A DNA stretch of 64,000 nucleotides, from the NCBI GenBank assembly GCA_964016885.1, contig OZ024742.1:237708001-237772000 (forward strand), read 5' to 3'. Below are positions 54,640-64,000 of the stretch, piece by piece. The notes under the pieces were generated by a model that worked only from the letters and a program-made list of their open reading frames with translations, was not told the origin of the DNA and ran no database searches. How positions within the stretch are numbered: the stretch's first letter is position 1; each line of letters starts with the position of its first letter. This DNA comes from Eledone cirrhosa. Lineage: Eukaryota. A program made the translations under genes and the position numbers.

Positions 54640-54950
54640 CATACATGCATGCATACATACATACATGGTGGCTGCCAACTCGTTTTCGAGTACAGCCACT
54701 ACTTTATATCCATGTAGGAGAACTCCTACCAATGCGCTGAACGAGTGTGACTTTTTAGTCCAGACAGCGACTTGAAAACTCTGGTACAAACACTACACTT
54801 GTGACAATTATTGACACATAGTGCTGGGCCCATGGTACCATGTGACGACAAGTGCAGAGAGATCTCCAGATATAAAGCAATGCCTGTGCCGTGAAGCTTT
54901 TATAGTGAGCAAAGGCACTGCACAAAGCCAGTCCCACTCTCTTAACCAAG
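54640..54950 (-). mobile_element. Degenerate RTE 3' fragment with C2H2 remnant
   Basis: CSVCTRVFKSLSGLKSH; terminus gcagccaccatgtatg. Confidence 0.65.
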
Positions 54951-55110
54951 ATGATATTTACCAAAAAGAAGAACAAGTCAACATCATTGGATACCATCAG
55001 AGTTGCAGGTGTTATATCAGAGTTTTCCTTCTCCTAGAATTCTGCCTTGACAAAGGCTAAGGGGTCATCTCTCTCGGTGATTTTGGATGGCCATTGACTC
55101 TTAAGAGCTC

Positions 55111-55226
55111 CTACATACATACATACATACATACATAATACATACATACATACATACATGATGGCTGCCCCTCGTTATCGAGTATGGCCATTGCACGAGA
55201 AGAAAAAAAAAAATAAAATAAAATAA

Positions 55227-55259
<33 letters not shown>

Positions 55260-55375
55260 AATAAATAAGAAAAAAAAAAGAAATATATATATATATATAT
55301 ACATACATACATATATACATACACACATACATACACATACACACACACATATACACACACACATACATTAATAAC

Positions 55376-55421
<46 letters not shown>

Positions 55422-55500
55422 GCAATAATAATAATAACGACAACAACAATAGTAATATACATATACATATATATATAAACACACACGCACGCACATAAGC

Positions 55501-55538
<38 letters not shown>

Positions 55539-56970
55539 TAGCAACTAACAGTGCTGCGATCGAATGTGGCTTTTTAGCCCAGCCAATGATCTAAAATGTC
55601 TTGCACAGAGTCGGCAACCAAAACATTCACTGGGAATAGTCGGCTGTGGTTGGAGTTCGTGTACTTTTGCATGTAGCTTGAGCCCTCCTGCTGATTTACA
55701 TTCTCTACCACATGTTTGGCAAGCATGATGAGTAGCATCTCCAACAGCAGCCTGGTAGTCAACCACTGGTCTTACTTTATGACTGCGAAGATGACTTTCG
55801 AGTTCAGCTTTGCTTAGGCAGAGTCTCGCACAGACGTTGCATGTCAGCACCATAGGAGGACCCTCGCCGTCTGGAAGTGCAACAGCAATGCCCTTCCTCA
55901 CATCCCGCTTTACTTTCTCGTGTGCGATTCGAGATGCCTCAAAGGCAACTTTTCCCTCATATACAGTCTTTCTCCATTTATTACGATCAGCAGCAATATT
56001 TTCCCATGTATCAGCAGAGATGTTAGCGTCTTTCAGAGAGGCTTTCAAGGAATCCTTATACCTCTTTTTTGGTTTATGTGGCGGTCGTTTTCCTTTAACC
56101 AACTCTCCATAAAAGAGTTGTTTTTGTATTCTAGAATCCTTCATCCTAGCAAGGTGACCACTCCAACGGAGTCGCTGCTTAAGCACAAGAGCTTCTATAC
56201 TGTCACACATAGAGCTTTCCAAAATCTCGACATCACTGATGTGGTCCCTCCAGTGAACGCCATGGATCCGTCTGAGACACATCTGATGGAAACGCTCCAA
56301 TTGCTTAAGGTGGTGTCGATATGTGACCCAGGTCTCGCAGGCATAAAGAAGACAAGAGAGTACACATGCCCTGTACACCTTTACCTTTGTCCTCCTGCAT
56401 ATGTCTCGCCGACCCCAGAGTCGCCTTTCTAGCTTTCCGAAAGCATCACTTGCTTTCCTAATCCTAAGTGAGATTTCACTGTCAAGGTTGCCGTATCGAT
56501 TGACAATGCTTCCCAGGTAGACAAACTGATCAACCACTCCAAGTCGTTTGCCATACACATAGATGTTTGGTTCAGTGTACTGCTTACTAGGGGCAGATTG
56601 GTACATGACGACGGTTTTCTTGAGACTGACAGTCAAACCCAGAAGCGACAGTCAAACAAAGCGTCAGAAAATGCATTCAAAATGTGCTGCATATCACTCT
56701 CTGTGTGCGCTACAAGATCGCAATCATCTGCATACAAGAGGTCTCTTATGATTGATGTAAATACTTTTGTCTTCGCAGCAAAGCGCCTGATGTTAAATAT
56801 GCTGCCTGAGGTTCGATATCGGATGTAAACACCATGCTCGCAATTCCTGAATGCAATACAGAAAACCATTGCAAAGTATATGGCAAACAGGGTCGGTGCT
56901 GGAATATCCCCCTGTTTCACTCCATTTTTTACTGAGATAGGCTCCGACATGTTACCTCCGGCATTAACCC
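55111..56970 (-). mobile_element. RTE-clade LINE, 5'-truncated, one frameshift near 56635, three C-terminal C2H2 fingers, (TATG)n tail
   Basis: GVKQGDIPAPTLF, LLYADDCDL, FVYLGS, LLYACETW, RLRWSGHLARM and QLFYGEL. Three CxxC..L..H motifs. The 3' terminus (55150-55200) is separated from the stop by compound microsatellites. Confidence 0.93.
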
Positions 56971-58382
56971 ACATACATACATACATACATACATACATAC
57001 ATACATACATACATACATACATACATACATACATACATACATACATACATACGTACGTACATACACGCTCACACACAGGCTTCTTCAGTTTCCGTCTACT
57101 AAATGTCAATCATAAGGCAATGGATAACTCCATGCTCTAGTAGAAGACACATACCAAATTTGCCATGCAGTGAGACTAACTCCGAACCCACATTGTTGCC
57201 AATCGAACTCAATAACCACAACGTTATGCCTACGTGTATATGAATAGATATGACAATGTTACATATGAAAAATCTTTTCTAAACGCAGCTTCTTTTAACG
57301 GTTAATGTGTTTAGACCTTCCTCGATTCCGACGATAAGTTTTTCAATTGTTTGAACAACAGGACAGCTGCCCGTGAAACAAACTTGCAAAATACTCCGTA
57401 TTTCAAAGACATGTGCACCCTTAATGAATTTCGCAGGGAAATTCAGCTTTTTGCAGTGTGTGTAACAATGCTGGCCATTTGAATTTACAGGGACAGCACA
57501 TTTTTGCCAGCTGGGCTGACTGGAGCAAGGGACACAACGTACAGCAGGGAATTTGATTCACAATACTACGATCTTGAGTTGAACACTCTAACCAAAAGTC
57601 TCATGCCTTATATTAATATATATGACAACGCATGGAAATTTGTATTTTGAAAGCATTCTGTTTTAACATTCATTATAATTGAAGCGAAAATATAGATTTG
57701 CTTTTAATAAATACATATGAAAGGATTTATTTAATGATCTGTGGTTGCAACGGTTAAAAAGAAAAAAGCCTTGATACTCTTTTATATTCTCAGCAATAGG
57801 AAGACCAACGGAAATATTGTTGCCTTGATCCCATCTGATGATCAATCATTTTCTTTTTTATATGCCTTGTTTAAATCATTTCCGAAATCATATTTGACTT
57901 TTACCACTCCTTGATCGATAAAATAAGCATTAGTTAGTTTTAACTACTCATAATTATCCCAGGAAGAATCATATTCCAGAGGAACAGTCTGGTTCGTGTC
58001 TATATAATGACTTACACAAGGCCGGCAATTTTGTCCATTAACAAAACCTATAAACGCCCCTGGCAATCGAGTATGAATTGGTAGTAAGTAACGTGCTTTC
58101 GTTAAGACATTTAAGTGTCTATGCAGTCGTGAGCAAATGCAGGTGCCTTATCAACTCCATCCATTGATCAAACAGACACGCAAGATGTGACCTGGTAGGA
58201 GAACACGTTGTATTAGTACTGGGCTGCTACTTTCTTTATCGACACCCGAAGGCAAAGTGGACCTCGACGGGATTTGGACCCAGAAAGCAGAGATCCGAAA
58301 TAAATATCGAATGCTCTAAAATCTCTGCTTGTGAAAATGTGTGCATAATTTTTCATTTTCTACATTTAAATATATTTCACAC

Positions 58383-58534
58383 TTCTGAGGTGTCATTAAG
58401 TTGTTAATATTTTACTCCAGCCTGAATTCAGATCCTGTCGAGGTTAGTTTTACCTTTCGTCCTTATGGGCTCGATAAAATGAAGTACCAGTAATGCACTG
58501 TGATTGATTTCTGAGGTGTCATTAAGTTGTTAAT
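58383..58534 (+). mobile_element. Truncated SINE1 flanked by a 26-bp direct duplication
   Basis: ttctgaggtgtcattaagttgttaat at 58383-58408 and 58509-58534. Confidence 0.8.
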
Positions 58535-59555
58535 GTAGGCTGTCCTCTTGTGAGAAATAATTGGCTTAAAAAACCCAGCAGTTAATACACGCCTTCATCA
58601 GAAAGTTGGCATTTAAAGGAAAGTAATAGGAATAAAATTTTGATCTTGAACAGTCTCAAATAGCAATTAAAACATGTTCATGATGTTTAAACTTTATTGT
58701 AAGCAGAATAACGATTAGAAAAAGTAAAATGTACACATCACTTTCATAAAATAGATACCAAGATAGATTTACATAGACAACCCGAGGTGAATATCATTGT
58801 TTGTCAAATAATCTAGGCAAGATAATTACTGATGGAATTGATGTTATACATGAGAACAGAGAAGAGTTTATTGAAAATAATTAAAAATTAAATGAAACTA
58901 GGAGGTAACATAAAAAGAATAGATTAATCTAAATTATTCAGAATGTTCGTTTCAAATTTGATGTTGTTTTTCTTCTAGGTGAAAACTAACAAAAAAACAA
59001 GTACCTCTGAAAATAAGTAGAATATTTATTTGAAACTTTTCAAAAATAAAAGATTCATTATTATCTTGATTGTTATATTAAACATAGCAAATTATACATC
59101 TAACCAGTTTCAAAAAAGCAATTCCTAAATAATTTCGATAGTAAAATCACTTCAAATGAAACATACATATATATGTCCGAAAATCGAAATAATTGATGAT
59201 CAAGGCCTAGTTATATCTCTTTCCTTAGACCTAGGGCTAAAAGCTTCATACGATAAACTAATGCTCATAAGATCTCAAACACTGTACGGAATGGGCTTCT
59301 GAATATAATTTTTTTTTTTAATTGCATTATTTAGTAAATAAAGTAATATTATTGAAGGAACGTAATATTGTTGAACCAGCGTTATTACTTGCACCAGTGA
59401 CCTTTAATGAAACAATAACTCATTTAACATCTCTTGTGACCCATCATCTATGTTGTCAGATGTGTGTTTGACGGGAACAAATTAAAGAGTTCACTTCATT
59501 TATTAATGGGGGAATCAATAAGTCAAACCTATGTAATTAACAAAGTGATTAATAG

Positions 59556-59557
<2 letters not shown>

Positions 59558-59629
<72 letters not shown>

Positions 59630-59951
59630 CATATGCATATATGTATATATATCAATATATATACATGTACACATAGATATATACATATATATATATACAT
59701 ATATGCATATATGCGTATAGATATGTGCATATATATATATATATATGCACATGACTATACGCATATATGCATATGCATATGCATATGCATATATATGTAT
59801 ATATCTATGTGTACATGTATATATATATATATATACACATATATGCATATGCATATATGTATCAATATATATACATGTACACATAGATATATACACATAT
59901 ATATATATATATATGCATATGCATATGCATATGCATATATGCGTATAGATA

Positions 59952-60002
<51 letters not shown>

Positions 60003-60110
60003 TTATATATATGCACATATATATTAAATATGTATATGTTTGTTTATATATATATATCTGTGTGTGTGCGTGTTTGTCTATTTATGTATGTATTATATAT
60101 ATATATATGT
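59558..60110. repeat. Compound (TA)n/(GCATAT)n tract with higher-order tandem duplication
   Basis: The block atcaatatatatacatgtacacatagatatat..gcgtatagatatgtgcat is repeated at about 59651 and 59861. Confidence 0.85.
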
Positions 60111-60699
60111 ACATACATTATTTCCTATACTTTACGAATACATATACAATATATGATGAAAAAACATATCAATGTGTACAGGGATACATAATTGAGAGAT
60201 ATTGTTTTGGTCAAACAACAATTGCTTGGCATTAAATAAATATGATATGGTGAGAATGATCCGAGAGCAATAAATGTTGCTATAAAGCATTATTGATTGA
60301 ATAAATAAATGAATAAATAAATGAATGAATAAATAAATACATAAATAAATAAAACTAACGCATCAAATGATCGTGTAATCTCTTATATGTACTGAAATTA
60401 AGGATTTAATTTCGTGTTGTCAAAAAGAAGAGTAGGTGATTGCTTCTTGATAAGGGTTGTGTGGTTTTTTGTAGTGCGTGTGGTTTAGGGCAAAGCAAGA
60501 ATAGTGAGCTATAGGGAACTGAGAGGGAGAAGCTAGAATAAAATAAAATACAATAAACTTTATATGTTTTGTGTTTTATTGTCCGTTTTGGTGAAGGTAG
60601 AGGTGTAGACAGATGATTCTGTGAGAGTTAATAGGTTAGCATTAGTGCGTCATTTATGTACTTGTCTGTACAACGTGATGTGTCATCCGGAGAGTGTAG

Positions 60700-61795
60700 T
60701 ACTCTTCATTCCAGGCTATCCATTATTAGACATGCTAGGGCTCCGCTGAGTCTGGATCTCATCGGAAGACCATTGGCTTGCTTGTATGTGGTCTTTTTTG
60801 TACGTTGTAGAGAATTCCAGGAGATATGTAGGTGACGCACTACTGCTAATCAATTCGAAGGACGGAACGGAGGAAATATATAAAACATTTAATGAAGAAC
60901 ACAACACCATCAAGTTCGACATCGAACACCCAACATCCGCCGTTCTCTGAGTTTGCTTGACTTTACTCTATTCCTAGCATCAAGAAAGGCCAACATCAGC
61001 TTCTATGAGAAAGAGGATAAGAGAGATGTCTTCCTCCACCCAGATTCAGCATAACCACAAAGCCTAAAGCACCAGGTAGCCAGGAGCGAACTTATACGCA
61101 GCTCGGACAGAGCCGAGGAGGCCACCCAAGCTAGATCCGTACTAAACAACATTCGGAAACTGCTGTTAAAGAAAGGCTATGAGCAACGCTTTGTAAAAAA
61201 ACGTTGTCGAGAGCATAAGAGAACACAAACACAGTCACAGATACCACATGCCACCACCAGCCACCACTCTTAGCCCTAATAGCAACTACAACCACTCGTG
61301 GACTAACAACGACGAAAGACACAACACTGAGAAGAAAGAAAAGGAGAGAAAGAGAAAACCTGGGTTTACATTGATCTCCCATACAAAGGAGAATCGACAG
61401 AAAAATCGTCTGAGAAACTGGATCGAAAGATCAGGCCTTCCAGTGCAATTAACTAGGCATGGGAGGACGTTGAGACAACACCTCACGCAGAGCATCGAAG
61501 AAGACGTCTACTGCCTTCGGAGATACCCTGTCAGAGAATACACTACCACAGGAATTAACAACAACAACAATACAAAACAATTATGTAGTGTATGAGTTGA
61601 ACTGTGCGAGCGGAGCTAAGTACATCGGTTCCACGAAACGCCAACTGCATAACAGAATACAAAAAACATTTTTGAGCGCAATATTTCAACACAGAGCAAT
61701 ATGTGAAAGGCCATCCTGCACAATTCTTCCAATGGTGTTCCTTGAAATCTTGAGTTCATTAGCAATAGCCCTAATTGGTTTTCTGGAGTCCTTAT
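60700..61795 (+). mobile_element. Penelope-like element PLE4 (Penelope/Poseidon-like), strongly degenerate
   Basis: RYVGDALL, FNEEHNTIKFDIEH, FYEK..RDVFLHPDSA and VVYELNCASGAKYIGSTKRQLHNRI; many stops. Confidence 0.75.
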
Positions 61796-63499
61796 AAATA
61801 ATTGTTTCTACTTTAGGCACAAGGCCAGCAATTACCCAGTGCATTTCTGGAACTTTATTTTATCTACCCCGTAAGGATGAAAGGCAAAGTCAACCTCGGC
61901 GGGATTTGAACTCAGATTGTAAAGGGACGTAACTATGCTGGAAAGCATGGCGTCCGACCCTCTACCGATACTGCCAATAATGCTCTACATCTTTCCTTCA
62001 AAAGAGTGTTCTGATGGTATCAGAATCCTAAGCAGAGGCTTTACGTTTGTACTGCTGTACAATTCGGTGACTCCAGCTCTTCGCAAACTTTTACAACAAA
62101 CGACCGTGCAACTTGTAGGAAACGAGCAATCTCTAAATCAATATGCCCCGCCTGTAATCAAATGATTACAGCATACCTTTTTATTTGCCGAGTTAGCTTA
62201 ATATGTCTGTCATCATTTGTCTGAAATGAAATGATTATCAGAATTAGTTAGAAAAAAGCTAGAGCTGTTGAAGGACGTGTCCTGAAAGATCTGAGCATCC
62301 CTGTATATATAAGGTACGTTAAAATATTCACTTATCTTCGTTCCTAAGCGTGAAACTAATATGACTGTGTTATAGTATCTCTGTTCGCCCTATTTTTCTT
62401 GAAATATGTGTGTGTGTGTGGTGTGTGTACGCGTGTGTGTGTATGTATGTATATACATTTATATATATATGTACATCCATTTGTATATATGTATATATTC
62501 TCTATAAACAACACGCCTTTCCACTTATTGTTATAGTTTCATTAGTACTAATGACATTATACATCTTGTAAATTATTACAAACATTTAATTAACTCTAGG
62601 GGAGGGGGGTGTTCAGTCATTAGAACATCGGATTAAAGATGTCTCGGTATTTTCTCCCTGTACTCCGAGTTCAAAACCCGTCGAGGTCAAATTTTCCTTT
62701 CACCCTTCCACGTCGATAAACATAGTTTTACTCCCGTACTGTGATCGAATCTTCCTTCACCCTCTCCTCTCTCTCACACAAACTCTCTCTTTCTCTCTCC
62801 CTGGAGAGGGATGGGCTTTGCTAATTATAAAATGCCTAAGGCATGTGTGTTATGTCGGAAGTCCTACGACTCCATCTGGATTTGAGGGGCTTTAGATTCT
62901 TTCTTCAATTAATCCAAATGCATTATTTTATTTGTCTTGTAGCATAGTCATTTTAAATAGAGTTTAGCTTTACCTTTTTTTTTCTATTTTCAAGATTAAA
63001 TAGAATTAAACCTAGAGATACGTGTGTAACGTAATATAAAATAATGAAAACCTGGAAATATAACAGAAATCGTTTTATATGAAATGTCATCTTTATCACA
63101 TCTACTGCTGTAACATGACATTACACAACCTTTCTCTATCATTCTAACTGTGACTTTCTATCCCCCATTCTCTGTTGGTATGGATACACACTCATACACA
63201 CATGTATGTATAAACACACATGTGTATATATGTATACACAAACATGTGAGTGACCTTTAGGAATTTGCTATGACTCACTCTCATTATAATATCTGACATG
63301 AAATCTGCCGGGTGAAACGAATTAAGAATTAAAATAATTGATCTACATTTGGCACAAGGCAAGCAATTTTGAAGGGAAGAGAGAAGTCAATTAAATCGAT
63401 TTCAGTTCTTTACTAGTATTTCATTTTATCAATCCTGGAAGGGTGAGAAGCAAAGTTGACCTCTGTAGTATTTGAACACAGATCACTCTTTGATAGGTT

Positions 63500-64000
63500 T
63501 ATCCTCGACCTCATTCATCTATTTAAGCTCATGGGTTTTATCCAACCATCTACCCATGGAACTTCTGTCGGTTGGTTCTGCCTGTAAAATCTGTCCAGCG
63601 ATTTTTACCTGAAGTGATTCTCTGATCTCCGAGCTACGTTATTCCAAAGACCATTCGGAGGAACCCCATTTCAGCCACTTATATTCGCGATCGTATTCTT
63701 TCAATCATTATCCAAGCATTGGTTGCTTCAAGGTATTGGTGCATGCTATTTGTTATTATCTTGCAGGAGAGCTCCAATTGGATTAGACCTCTGCTTCCCT
63801 CAGATCTGGGCATATAGAATCGCTCAATATCCTCTTTAAAGTGATGACCTTAGTATCCATTCTTTGGATATACCGTACTGTCTAGTCATGTTAAAACTAC
63901 ACTGAACAGCATGTATAATGTTGTAATTGTTGATGTTAGATTGACAAAGACGTTAGAGAGTCAGAGATGTGCTTAGCAGTAATTTTTTCTGGCTCTTTAC
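63500..64000 (-). mobile_element. Possible very degenerate LINE fragment
   Basis: Composition shift and weak RTE-like peptide remnants only. Confidence 0.3.

Noticed and set aside
62240-62318. Possible exon ending in ag|gtacgt
   Set aside because: Weak acceptor and no recognisable peptide.

Overview
AT-rich, microsatellite-laden eukaryotic DNA. The repeat spectrum suggests a cephalopod such as Octopus (inference only). I cannot support any host gene; most short ORFs in the track are microsatellite artefacts or antisense shadows of TE ORFs. The window is a mosaic of transposable elements: an R4/Dong LINE, four Penelope-like elements (PLEs; RT plus C-terminal GIY-YIG), a CR1-type LINE, a near-complete Tx1/L1 ORF2, RTE LINEs with C-terminal C2H2 fingers, a Helitron remnant, an 8-kb hAT element with intact TIRs and 8-bp TSD, and many SINE copies. 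The main signal is non-coding. About 20 complete, half or degenerate type-I hammerhead ribozymes (HHRs) from at least 10 sequence families can be folded by eye. They lie in the 3' UTRs of three PLEs and in short (130-600 nt) ORF-less units that mostly sit in (TA)n tracts. Several units are terminally redundant or tandem, as expected for retrozyme-like elements with circular or tandem RNA templates. Some carry core variants (U3-A8 covariation in three families, U4A, A6G) or a greatly extended stem II. They integrate with a recurrent head-to-head fold-back geometry that suggests (TA)-primed twin priming. HHRs in PLEs and retrozymes are known in general; whether these families are undescribed needs a database search. 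All folds were done by hand and no activity is demonstrated.
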